Assembly: GCF_006345805.1 (NCBI RefSeq)
Contig: NC_043000.1
Location: 30,380,001-30,444,000 of the forward strand
Source: Octopus sinensis
Taxonomy: Eukaryota
Length of the DNA stretch: 64,000 nt
Reading direction: 5' to 3'
A model generated the notes under the pieces. The model saw only the letters and a list, made by a program, of their open reading frames with translations. It had not been told where the DNA came from and searched no databases. Below, piece by piece: positions 11,033 to 23,770 of the stretch. Positions within the stretch are counted from its first letter, which is position 1. Each line of letters opens with the position of its first letter. The position numbers were made by a program, and so were the translations under genes.

Positions 11033-14000
11033 GCAATTAAGGACAACTACTTAATAAGGAAAACTTAACAAGAAATTGTCAGGTAGATAGCGTAAAAACC
11101 TCATAAGAGAAAAAATTTCGAAAATAATTATTTCTTATTGAACATATTAATTTATATATAGAGGGCATTATACATACATGCCAGGAGGCATTCTACATAC
11201 ACGCCATACGCTAAGAGGGACAATCAGTCATTTCTACCAAAAATATTACTAATCCCACCGAATGCAATTTTTCAAAGAAAGACATTTAAAAATATATAGA
11301 CCTGTATCACAGTGATTTCATACTTACGTAATCATCAGCAGGCCTGAATATACTATAGATAAACAACGACCCTGCTTCGCTTAAGCCGATCAGCTAACTG
11401 ATCAACATCAACGAAGCACATGGGTGAGTTTATATATACTATATCCGGATGAATGGCAAACTTTTACGAATTGCATTTCGGGAGAGGAAAAGTTTTTTCG
11501 GAATAAAAATTTAGCAATTAAGGACAACTACTTAATAAGGAAAACTTAACAAGAAATTGTCAGGTAGATAGCGTAAAAACCTCATAAGAGAAAAAATTTC
11601 GAAAATAATTATTTCTTATTGAACATATCAATTTATATATAGAGGGCATTATACATACATGCCAGGAGGCATTCTACATACACGCCATACGCTAAGAGGG
11701 ACAATCAGTCATTTCTAACAAAAATATTACTAATCCCACCGAATGCAATTTTTCAAAGAAAGACATTTAAAAATATATAGACCTGTATCACAGTGATTTC
11801 ATACTTACGTAATCATCAGCAGGCCTGAATATACTATGGATAAACAACGACCCTGCTTCGCTTAAGCCGATCAGCTAACTGATCAACATCAACGAAGCAC
11901 ATGGGTGAGTTTATATATACTATATCCGGATGAATGGCAAACTTTTACGAATTGCATTTCGGGAGAGGAAAAGTTTTTTCGGAATAAAAATTTAGCAATT
12001 AAGGACAACTACTTAATAAGGAAAACTTAACAAGAAATTGTCAGGTAGGTAGATAGCGTAAAAACTCATAAGAGAAAAAATTTCGAAAATAATTATTTCT
12101 TATTGAACATATTAATTTATATATAGAGGGCATTATACATACATGCCAGGAGGCATTCTACATACACGCCATACGCTAAGAGGGACAATCAGTCATTTCT
12201 ACAAAAATATTACTAATCCCACCACCGAATGCAATTTTTCAAAGAAAGACATTTAAAAATATATAGACCTGTATCACAGTGATTTCATACTTACGTAATC
12301 ATCAGCAGGCCTGAATATACTATAGATAAACAACGACCTGCTTCGCTTAAGCCGATCAGCTAACTGATCAACATCAACGAAGCACATGGGTGAGTTTATA
12401 TATACTATATCCGGATGAATGGCAAACTTTTACGAATTGCATTTCGGGAGAGGAAAAGTTTTTTCGGAATAAAAATTTAGCAATTAAGGACAACTACTTA
12501 ATAAGGAAAACTTAACAAGAAATTGTCAGGTAGATAGCGTAAAAACCTCATAAGAGAAAAAATTTCGAAAATAATTATTCTTATTGAACATATTAATTTA
12601 TATATAGAGGGCATTATACATACATGCCAGGAGGCATTCTACATACACGCCATACGCTAAGAGGGACAATCAGTCATTTCTACCAAAAATATTACTAATC
12701 CCACCGAATGCAATTTTTCAAAGAAAGACATTTAAAAATATATAGACCTGTATCACAGTGATTTCATACTTACGTAATCATCAGCAGGCCTGAATATACT
12801 ATAGATAAACAACGACCCTGCTTCGCTTAAGCCGATCAGCTAACTGATCAACATCAACGAAGCACATGGGTGAGTTTATATATACTATATCCGATGAATG
12901 GCAAACTTTTACGAATTGCATTTCGGGAGAGGAAAAGTTTTTTCGGAATAAAAATTTAGCAATTAAGGACAACTACTTAATAAGGAAAACTTAACAAGAA
13001 ATTGTCAGGTAGATAGCGTAAAAACCTCATAAGAGAAAAAATTTCGAAAATAATTATTTTTATTGAACATATTAATTTATATATAGAGGGCATTATACAT
13101 ACATGCCAGGAGGCATTCTACATACACGCCATACGCTAAGAGGGACAATCAGTCATTTCTACCAAAAATATTACTAATCCCACCGAATGCAATTTTTCAA
13201 AGAAAGACATTTAAAAATATAGACCTGTATCACAGTGATTTCATACTTACGTAATCATCAGCAGGCCTGAATATACTATAGATAAACAACGACCCTGCTT
13301 CGCTTAAGCCGATCAGCTAACTGATCAACATCAACGAAGCACATGGGTGAGTTTATATATACTATATCCGGATGAATGGCAAACTTTTACGAATTGCATT
13401 TCGGGAGAGGAAAAGTTTTTTCGGAATAAAAATTTAGCAATTAAGGACAACTACTTAATAAGGAAAACTTAACAAGAAATTGTCAGGTAGATAGCGTAAA
13501 AACCTCATAAGAGAAAAAATTTCGAAAATAATTATTCTTATTGAACATATTAATTTATATATAGAGGGCATTATACATACATGCCAGGAGGCATTCTACA
13601 TACACGCCATACGCTAAGAGGGACAATCAGTCATTTCTACCAAAAATATTACTAATCCCACCGAATGCAATTTTTCAAAGAAAGACATTTAAAAATATAT
13701 AGACCTGTATCACAGTGATTTCATACTTACGTAATCATCAGCAGGCCTGAATATACTATAGATAAACAACGACCCTGCTTCGCTTAAGCCGATCAGCTAA
13801 CTGATCAACATCAACGAAGCACATGGGTGAGTTTATATATACTATATCCGGATGAATGGCAAACTTTTACGAATTGCATTTCGGGAGAGGAAAAGTTTTT
13901 TCGGAATAAAAATTTAGCAATTAAGGACAACTACTTAATAAGGAAAACTTAACAAGAAATTGTCAGGTAGATAGCGTAAAAACCTCATAAGAGAAAAAAT

Positions 14001-16849
14001 TTCGAAAATAATTATTCTTATTGAACATATTAATTTATATATAGAGGGCATTATACATACATGCCAGGAGGCATTCTACATACACGCCATACGCTAAGAG
14101 GGACAATCAGTCATTTCTACCAAAAATATTACTAATCCCACCGAATGCAATTTTTCAAAGAAAGACATTAAAAATATATAGACCTGTATCACAGTGATTT
14201 CATACTTACGTAATCATCAGCAGGCCTGAATATACTATAGATAAACAACGACCCTGCTTCGCTTAAGCCGATCAGCTAACTGATCAACATCAACGAAGCA
14301 CATGGGTGAGTTTATATATACTATATCCGGATGAATGGCAAACTTTTACGAATTGCATTTCGGGAGAGGAAAAGTTTTTTCGGAATAAAAATTTAGCAAT
14401 TGAGGACAACTACTTAATAAGGAAAACTTAACAAGAAATTGTCAGGTAGATAGCGTAAAAACCTCATAAGAGAAAAAATTTCGAAAATAATTATTTCTTA
14501 TTGAACATATTAATTTATATATAGAGGGCATTATACATACATGCCAGGAGGCATTCTACATACACGCCATACGCTAAGAGGGACAATCAGTCATTTCTAC
14601 CAAAAATATTACTAATCCCACCGAATGCAATTTTTCAAAGAAAGACATTTAAAAATATATAGACCTGTATCACAGTGATTTCATACTTACGTAATCATCA
14701 GCAGGCCTGAATATACTATAGATAAACAACGACCCTGCTTCGCTTAGCCGATCAGCTAACTGATCAACATCAACGAAGCACATGGGTGAGTTTATATATA
14801 CTATATCCGGATGAATGGCAAACTTTTACGAATTGCATTTCGGGAGAGGAAAAGTTTTTTCGGAATAAAAATTTAGCAATTAAGGACAACTACTTAATAA
14901 GGAAAACTTAACAAGAAATTGTCAGGTAGATAGCGTAAAAACCTCATAAGAGAAAAAATTTCGAAAATAATTATTTCTTATTGAACATATTAATTTATAT
15001 ATAGAGGGCATTATACATACATGCCAGGAGGCATTCTACATACACGCCATACGCTAAGAGGGACAATCAGTCATTTCTACCAAAAATATTACTAATCCCA
15101 CCGAATGCAATTTTTCAAAGAAAGACATTTAAAAATATATAGACCTGTATCACAGTGATTTCATACTTACGTAATCATCAGCAGCCTGAATATACTATGG
15201 ATAAACAACGACCCTGCTTCGCTTAAGCCGATCAGCTAACTGATCAACATCAACGAAGCACATGGGTGAGTTTTATATACTATATCCGGATGAATGGCAA
15301 ACTTTTACGAATTGCATTTCGGGAGAGGAAAAGTTTTTTCGGAATAAAAATTTAGCAATTAAGGACAACTACTTAATAAGGAAAACTTAACAAGAAATTG
15401 TCAGTAGATAGCGTAAAAACCTCATAAGAGAAAAAATTTCGAAAATAATTATTTCTTATTGAACATATTAATTTATATATAGAGGGCATTATACATACAT
15501 GCCAGGAGGCATTCTACATACACGCCATACGCTAAGAGGGACAATCAGTCATTTCTACCAAAAATATTACTAATCCCACCGAATGCAATTTTTCAAAGAA
15601 AGACATTTAAAAATATATAGACCTGTATCACAGTGATTTCATACTTACGTAATCATCAGCAGCCTGAATATACTATGGATAAACAACGACCCTGCTTCGC
15701 TTAAGCCGATCAGCTAACTGATCAACATCAACGAAGCACATGGGTGAGTTTATATATACTTATCCGGATGAATGGCAAACTTTTACGAATTGCATTTCGG
15801 GAGAGGAAAAGTTTTTTCGGAATAAAAATTTAGCAATTAAGGACAACTACTTAATAAGGAAAACTTAACAAGAAATTGTCAGGTAGATAGCGTAAAAACC
15901 TCATAAGAGAAAAAATTTCGAAAATAATTATTTCTTATTGAACATATTAATTTATATATAGAGGGCATTATACATACATGCCAGGAGCATTCTACATACA
16001 CGCCATACGCTAAGAGGGACAATCAGTCATTTCTACCAAAAATATTACTAATCCCACCGAATGCAATTTTTCAAAGAAAGACATTTAAAAATATATAGAC
16101 CTGTATCACAGTGATTTCATACTTACGTAATCATCAGCAGGCCTGAATATACTATAGATAAACAACGACCCTGCTTCGCTTAAGCCGATCAGCTAACTGA
16201 TCAACATCAACGAAGCACATGGGTGAGTTTATATATACTATATCCGGATGAATGGCAAACTTTTACGAATTGCATTTCGGGAGAGGAAAAGTTTTTTCGG
16301 AATAAAAATTTAGCAATTAAGGACAACTACTTAATAAGGAAAACTTAACAAGAAATTGTCAGGTAGATAGCGTAAAAACCTCATAAGAGAAAAAATTTCG
16401 AAAATAATTATTTCTTATTGAACATATTAATTTATATATAGAGGGCATTATACATACATGCCAGGAGGCATTCTACATACACGCCATACGCTAAGAGGGA
16501 CAATCAGTCATTTCTACCAAAAATATTACTAATCCCACCGAATGCAATTTTTCAAAGAAAGACATTTAAAAATATATAGACCTGTATCACAGTGATTTCA
16601 TACTTACGTAATCATCAGCAGGCCTGAATATACTATAGATAAACAACGACCCTGCTTCGCTTAAGCCGATCAGCTAACTGATCAACATCAACGAAGCACA
16701 TGGGTGAGTTTATATATACTATATCCGGATGAATGGCAACTTTTACGAATTGCATTTCGGGAGAGGAAAAGTTTTTTCGGAATAAAAATTTAGCAATTAA
16801 GGACAACTACTTAATAAGGAAAACTTAACAAGAAATTGTCAGGTAGATA
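11031..16849 (-). repeat. Tandem array of 12 full ~480-bp units plus a 59-bp partial unit; non-coding, hammerhead-bearing (retrozyme/PLE-derived satellite)
   Basis: Unit starts (TAGCAATTAAGG) at 11031, 11512, 11993, 12478, 12957, 13435, 13915, 14394, 14874, 15353, 15831, 16311, 16791. Units differ mostly by 1-4-nt indels. No ORF of 60 aa or more in the track. Confidence 0.97.
11298..11345 (-). ncRNA. Predicted minimal type I hammerhead ribozyme, unit 1 (repeated in every unit)
   Basis: Minus strand AGGCCUG-CUGAUGA-U UAC GUAA GUA U-GAA-AUCAC U GUGAU-A|CAGGUCU. Helix I has 7 bp, helix III is palindromic, the triplet is AUA, and predicted cleavage is between 11305 and 11304. Confidence 0.75.
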
Positions 16850-16858
16850 TTGTCAGGT

Positions 16859-17341
16859 TAATATGTTCAATAAGAAATAATTATTTTCGAAATTTTTTCT
16901 CTTATGAGGTTTTTACGCTATCTACCTGACAATTTCTTGTTAAGTTTTCCTTATTAAGTAGTTGTCCTTAATTGCTAAATTTTTATTCCGAAAAAACTTT
17001 TCCTCTCCCGAAATGCAATTCGTAAAAGTTTGCCATTCATCCGGATATAGTATATATAAACTCACCCATGTGCTTCGTTGATGTTGATCAGTTAGCTGAT
17101 CGGCTTAAGCGAAGCAGGGTCGTTGTTTATCTATAGTATATTCAGGCCTGCTGATGATTACGTAAGTATGAAATCACTGTGATACAGGTCTATATATTTT
17201 TAAATGTCTTTCTTTGAAAAATTGCATTCGGTGGGATTAGTAATATTTTTGGTAGAAATGACTGATTGTCCCTCTTAGCGTATGGCGTGTATGTAGAATG
17301 CCTCCTGGCATGTATGTATAATGCCCTCTATATATAAATTA
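16859..17341 (+). repeat. One inverted, circularly permuted copy of the 480-bp unit
   Basis: TAATATGTTCAA...GCCCTCTATATATAAATTA is the reverse complement of one full unit length. It ends in (TA)n. Confidence 0.95.
17135..17198 (+). ncRNA. Predicted type I hammerhead ribozyme in the inverted unit
   Basis: CTGATGA 17151-17157, helix II 17158-17169, GAAA 17170-17173, palindrome ATCAC-T-GTGAT 17173-17183, cleavage after A17184. Helix I 17144-17150/17185-17191 extends past a 2-nt bulge via 17135-17141/17192-17198. Confidence 0.75.
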
Positions 17342-17343
17342 TA

Positions 17344-17389
<46 letters not shown>

Positions 17390-17639
17390 TATTTTTTTTT
17401 TCCAAATATATATATATATATATATTTGAAAATAGAATTTATATTTGCTAAGCGTATAAGCAAACTAATGATTATCGTACCAGAACATTAGATAATTGAG
17501 CAAAATTCTTCTTCTTATACCCTAGAAATCTATTCACTGGAGCGGCTTTGTGGTTAAGAAACATGCCTTGCAACCATATGATTTCGGGTTCAGTCACAAT
17601 ATAAGGAACCTAGGACAACTGATTTTGCAATATTTTGTG

Positions 17640-17760
17640 AGTTATTGTACACATACGCAAGTAAGGCAGAGAAAAATACTGTTTTATTAAAGTCGAAAGA
17701 GAAGTTCGCAAGCGGTTACTGAGAGAATCGCATGACCCTTCATCAGACAGTTGTGATAAA
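17640..17760 (-). mobile_element. Relic of the same short PLE-like family as 376-525
   Basis: Minus strand AACTGT-CTGATGA-AGGGTCATGC-GATT-CTCTCAGTA-ACCGC...TTTAATAAA aligns with 376-525. GAAA has decayed to GATT. Confidence 0.45.
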
Positions 17761-18384
17761 ACAGAATAATGAAATTTTATAAATTGCACCTATAAAATAT
17801 TATAGCATGTGTTCTTGCAGTTTATAAAATTTGTAGCCTCCCTTTTAATCGCAACAGGCTAATGGACGCTTGCGTGATGCTCTGTGTAACAGTGTGTGTG
17901 TGTGCTTGTGTTTGTGTGTGTGTGTGTGTGTGTGGTGTGTGTGTGTGTGTGTGTGTGACCGCTACCACTTGAGAACCGGTGTTGGTTTTTGTATACTTAC
18001 CCGAATTTTAGCGAGTCGGTAAAGGATACAGGCAAAATAAGTGCTAGACTTAAACAGTAAGTAATGGAGTAGATTTGTTCAGGGCAGCATTCCAGCTTGG
18101 CCGTAATCCAATAATTGCAAATGGAAATGTGTTGACCACAAATACGACGAAGTCATTCCAGCGCCTGTACTGGTATTACACGGCCATAAAATTTGCAAAC
18201 TTGAAAATTCTGCGAGAAAAAAAAAAGACTAGTTTTATCAGAATCATTCCCGGCTAATAATGGGGTATCCTCCCCCTATTATGTTGGACACACTTTTATT
18301 TTAGAAAATGAATCTTGATAAACTAATGAGATGCACACTCGCGCACTTATTCACACACACACACACACACACACACAGAGGAGC

Positions 18385-18423
<39 letters not shown>

Positions 18424-19105
18424 AGCCCTCTCACACACACAGAGGAGCCCTCACACACAAGCAAACATACGCACAAGTACATGAACACAGACATACACAA
18501 GTACATGCACACAGACATACAAGCACACACACATACACACACACACACACACACGCACAAAAATAACATACACATACACATTTTCATCAACCTGTCTAAT
18601 TTCAGAGAACCATGTAATTGATATTTTTCGGATCACTGCACATTTCTTTCCAGTTTCACGATGTTGAATCTTCTCTTTCGAGCCATCAGTTTCCCATTCA
18701 TCTCGGTTGCATTCATTTTTAATGCATGATGCAATATAGTAGTCGGGAAGTATTGTCATCATTTGTTCTGACGTTTTTAAAGTTGGGGGTGGGGGTGGAT
18801 GCTGTTACTGCGGACCTGTCCTTCTTTCTTTCACTCCGCTATTAGATGGAGACAAGATTGCAACGACAGTCGTGGCGCAGTTAATACAGCAACAGGAACT
18901 CTGGTTTTTTCTTTTCATATTTTCTCTACTGGACTGTAGAGTGTGTAGCTTTATCAACTGTAAGCCGAGTGTAGTTGGAAGAGAGACGAGTTCATAGGCA
19001 ATTATAATGCAGCTGCTCTGTGGCGAGGTTGTCGAAACAACCATGGTACACTGGTACACACACACACATACACACACACAGACACAGACACAAATATACA
19101 TACAT

Positions 19106-19166
<61 letters not shown>

Positions 19167-19246
19167 ATTTTGTCAGAAAAAAAGTTCATCAAAAGTGGCA
19201 GCATATTGAAATACCTTTAAAGGTGAAAATTATAATTGGTTATATA

Positions 19247-19278
<32 letters not shown>

Positions 19279-19288
19279 AATATATATA

Positions 19289-19324
<36 letters not shown>

Positions 19325-19369
19325 TAATTGTTTATATATATATATATATGTATCTATGTATATATATTC

Positions 19370-19790
19370 TGTTATTCTTTTCTTTGTTTCAGTCATTTGA
19401 CTGCGGCCATGCTGGAGCACCGCTGTTTCCTCGAAGAAATCAACCCCGGGACTTATTCGTTGTAAGCCTGGTACTTATTCTATCGGCATCTTATGCTGAA
19501 CCACTAAGTTATGATGGTGGGTGGGTGGACAACCACAAACACAAAAACACACACATAAACATATACATACATATATATGTGTGTGTGTGTGTAAATGTAT
19601 ATAATATATATATATATAAATATATATATATACGACGGTCTTCTTTCATTTTCCGTCTACCAAATCCACTCGCATGGCTTTGTTCGGCCTGAGGCTAGAG
19701 TGGAAGACGCTTGCCTCAAGTGACAAACAGTGGGACTGAACCCGGAACCATGTGGTTAGGAAACAAGCTTCTTACCACACAACCATGCCT
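19370..19790 (-). mobile_element. SINE family A, full length with internal microsatellite
   Basis: Reverse complement of the 37500-37910 pattern. Confidence 0.85.
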
Positions 19791-20064
19791 GTCCCTATAT
19801 ATAAAGCAATGTCTAATAAAGGAGACTAGTTGTCTCCTAATGTGGTTTAGCTGTGAGTCTTTCTTGTACACGTGAAGCACGGACACCCCGAAAGGATGAA
19901 AGGCAAAGTCGACCTTTGCCGAATTTGATCTCAGAACATAGCGGCAGACGAAATACCGGTACGCATTTCGTTCGGCGTGCTAACCTTTCTGCCAGCTCGC
20001 CGCCTTTTCTGCCACATCGACGCTATAATATAAGGAACGATTAATTCTAGACAATGAATAAATA

Positions 20065-20660
20065 GGTGCAGGCATAACTGTGTGGTAAGAAACAGCAGGC
20101 CGGGCGAAATACTTAGCGGTATTTCGTCTGCTGCTACGTCCTGAGTTCAAATTCCGCCGAGGTCGACTTTCGGAGTCGATTAAGTAAGTACCAGTTACGC
20201 ACTGGGGTCGATATAATCGACTTAATCCGTTCGTCTCTCCTTGTTTGTCACCTCTGTGTGTAGCCCTTTGTGGGAAGTGAAGAAATAGGAAACTTGCTTC
20301 CCAATCACATGATTACGGGTTCAGTTGCACTGTGTGGCACCTGACGCAAGTGTCTGCTACTATAGCCTTGAGCTCACCAAAACCTTCCGAGACGATTTGG
20401 TAGGCAGAAACTGAAAGAATCCCATAGAATATGTATGTGTGTGTGTATTTGTGTCTTCGTATCCGTGTTTCTTCTGCACCACCATTTGACAAACTGTGTT
20501 GGTGTGTTTACGTCCCTGTAACTTAGCAAAGAGGTCCATAACATAAATCCCAAACTTAATACGAAAAGTACTGGGGTCGAATCATCCGACTAAACATTCT
20601 TCAAGGCAGTGCCCCAGCATGGCCGTATTCCAATGATTGAAACAACTAAAAGAAAGATAA
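20065..20660 (+). mobile_element. SINE family A with a nested SINE B (20094-20288) in its tRNA head
   Basis: Head GGTGCAGGCATAACTGTGTGGTAAGAAAC resumes as GAAACTTGCTTCCCAATCACATG after the B copy. GAAAC is duplicated (20089-20093, 20289-20293). Confidence 0.75.
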
Positions 20661-23334
20661 GCATCAAGTTTGACAGAACCATCTGAACGTTAAAGACTTA
20701 ACCAAGTGTCAACAGCTCAGTATCTGTGTTGGTTGTGATAGCTAGTCGTCTAATCTACACTTTCAAATAATTTGAGTCGGATTCCCTGCTCGGGAATATA
20801 CTTTTAATATATTGAATCATTACACTTTCCCAAAGTTCACCCTGATATAAAAGTTACCTATTCCGTTTATCCTTTAGTTTGGAGACGAATTGTAAAAGAG
20901 AAAGGAGGAACAAATTATATCTATGTCTAGTTCTACATGATAAATTTATTTGTGTCTAGTTGTAATAAGTCCTACACGCTTATTATATTTTACTACCGTC
21001 AGATGTCATTACTTGTCATCCTACGAGAAACGTGCCATTAACGCCAATGGCGGTGGTGATCAGTGATTGCAATATGATGGATGCGTCAGCTGTGATTTAC
21101 TTGCCTTTATAATTACGTACTTGAAATTGTTGTTTTGGGGAGTATGTATCAATGTATTAATGCAAATACAATGAATATTTACTATCAGTCACGTATGACT
21201 CATATACTAATTTATCTAAATTTTTATAATAGACAAACATATTGATCAGTTTTTGAGAGATCGCTTCTGACATTAAGGGAATTTGGGAGACGGAAAACGA
21301 AGAAGAAGCCAGTCCTATATAAGCGTGTGCATGTGTTTGTGTGTGTGTCTGTGTGTCTGTGTGTCTGTGTGAGACAGATATATATATATATATATATATA
21401 TATAAAGAGAGAGAGCGTGGGTGAGTGTTTGCCATGATGTATGTATTTGTGCCAACACCGCTTGACAACCGGTGCTTATCTCCCATTAATTTAGAGGTTC
21501 TACAAAAGTGACCAATGAAATAAGTACCGGGCTTAAAAGATAGGTATTGATATCGATTCGTTCGATTAAACTTCTTCAACGCGGTTCCCTACCAAGGCTG
21601 CAGTCCAATGACTGACACAACAAAAAGATAAAAGTTAATGAATGGACCCAGAAATGATTCCATATAGATTTATTATTCTATAGAAAAGTGTGAACAAAAA
21701 GGATCCCATCTTGAGTACACTGTGGCCTAACACAATCAGTATATCTCGAGTGGAACAAACTCTTTAGGAAAACCATTTCTGCAGTAACTTTCCTGAAAAA
21801 TATGTAAATTTTCACATATCAATCATCTAGAATATTGGAGAAATTTTCATAACGTAGTTTATTTATGTAATCGATATTTTTCAGATTTTATCAATTTAAA
21901 AAAAAAACAAGCAGAATTAAAATATGTTTTTATCTTTTAATAAATTTAGTCTAGTTAACATTTTTCAACATTCTTTACTGTTTATATAAATTTACATCGA
22001 CTCCCTCGGAACCTCGGGGTTATCTAGAAATGATATTGTAGTATAATTCATGTGGTTATTTCTTCAATATTTATGGTAATTATTCTATGAAATTTAGAAT
22101 TAGTCACTGGAATTTTTCTGAAATTTTCATATAATCTTTTATCTTTTATCTTTTATTAGTTACAGTAATGTATACTGCGGCCATGTTGGAGCACCGACTT
22201 CAAGAACATTTACGCAAACGAATCGACCCCCAGGACATATGTATTTTCAGTTTCAGTGTACCTAATCCACTCACAGTATTTGGTCGGCCCGGAGCTATAA
22301 TAGTAAACGCTAACCCAAGGTGCCACGATGTAGGACAGAATCCGGAACCATTTAGTTGCGAAACAAACTGCTCAGCACACAGCCAGATATGCATAAATAA
22401 ATACTAACAAATAAGAAATTACTTAATGAGGGAAACTTCACATAATTTTGTCAGATGCATTATATTTCATTTCTAAATATGTTGTGTAGAGAATCTAGTA
22501 ACGTTTAAACTTACTGTTTGATTAAAGCAAAGATTCGCAAATACTGAACAAAATCCTTAATTCTTCCTAGGATGCTATGAAGAATCTATGACGAAATGGT
22601 TTGACATCCGAAAAGGGGCAGCTATATTTAATGGCATATTCTCATGAAAATTTGAGAAGATGCCTAAAATACCTAAATACACTATTTTCTAGTGTCACAA
22701 ATTAACATCTTATAAAATGCTAAACATGCGATGACCAGGCTCTATCATCTCGTCCATCCCTCATTTAAGATACTAGCAGAAATATTACCACCCGGGAAAA
22801 CTTCTGCTTGTATCATTTTAATGTGGGAACAAATATCGTAGTATGTATATCGTATTATACATATTCGTGTATAACCGGTTGAACCTTAAAATATAAAATT
22901 TGTATGCAATTTTGATTTGATAAATAAGTATAGAGTGAATGTTTTCACATATACCACATATATTCTCGAAGTATCTCAAAGAAAATCTTTGTGATCACGT
23001 ATTTTTAATGAAAGCAATTGAGCAGAAGCGAGAAACAAAATATAAAGAAGTGGGTAAGACTCTTTTTCATTGTGAGTTAAAATTGAAGCGCGTTGTAATC
23101 TCCAATAATAAAACTATGTTTGAAATTACATCTTGAAATATATATATATTAAAATTGGAATTTTTAAGTATTTTTTAGATTTTACACCTTAATAAGTGCT
23201 TGCCTTAAGAAAAGTTACAGCACACTAATAAATAAGTAGCTTTCTTCGTTAAAATACGGATGTACAAGCAACATTTCATAGACTCTTGTGGCAGACACCC
23301 CTAAGTGAGAAGTGGGCTCTTTCATTACTGCAAT

Positions 23335-23525
23335 GAGGCGCAATCGCCCAGTGGTTAGAGCAGCGGACTCGCGGTCGTAAAAATGCGGTTTCGATTCCCA
23401 GACCGGGGGTGAGTGTTTATTGAGCAAAAAAAACTAAGCTCCTCAAGGTTCCGGCGGGGAGGGGTGGTGAACCCCACTGTACTCTTTCACCACAACTTTC
23501 TCTCACTCTTCCTTCCTGCTTCTGC
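23335..23525 (+). mobile_element. SINE family C, 5' part
   Basis: GAGGCGCAATCGCCCAGTGGTTAGAGCAGCGG...GGTTTCGATTCCCAGACC, homologous to 2665-2957. Confidence 0.8.
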
Positions 23526-23539
23526 TACAAAGCAGAGGA

Positions 23540-23770
23540 ACCATGGTGTAACCCTCTATAGTGTGGTAAACTTTCAGACTGAAGATTACAAGAACCAAAT
23601 AAGTGAATTGGTGGGGTGTGGCCTGGAAATGGCCATACAAGTAAGCATTAGAGATTTACATGAAATCACCGAAGAAATTATTTTCCCAGACGACATGAGA
23701 CTAAGAATAGTGGTGACAGGCACACCAGCAACATGTGGTCAAAAGGGGCACATGAAAGCAAGGTGGATCC
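23540..23770 (+). pseudogene. Possible LINE ORF1/gag-like remnant with a partial CCHC zinc knuckle
   Basis: ...EEIIFPDDMRLRIVVTGTPATCGQKGHMKARW resembles V.V.G.P..C..CG..GH....C with one Cys pair lost. Recalled similarity only. Confidence 0.35.

Noticed and set aside
11031-16849. CRISPR-like or rDNA-like array
   Set aside because: The units are wholly identical with no unique spacers, the context is eukaryotic, and there is no rRNA similarity.
17086-17122. Resemblance to 5S rRNA box A (GATC..CTGATC..AAGCGAAGCAGGGTCG)
   Set aside because: Similarity covers only ~35 nt and the rest of 5S (5' stem, box C, 3' end) is absent. Treated as chance or a remote fragment.
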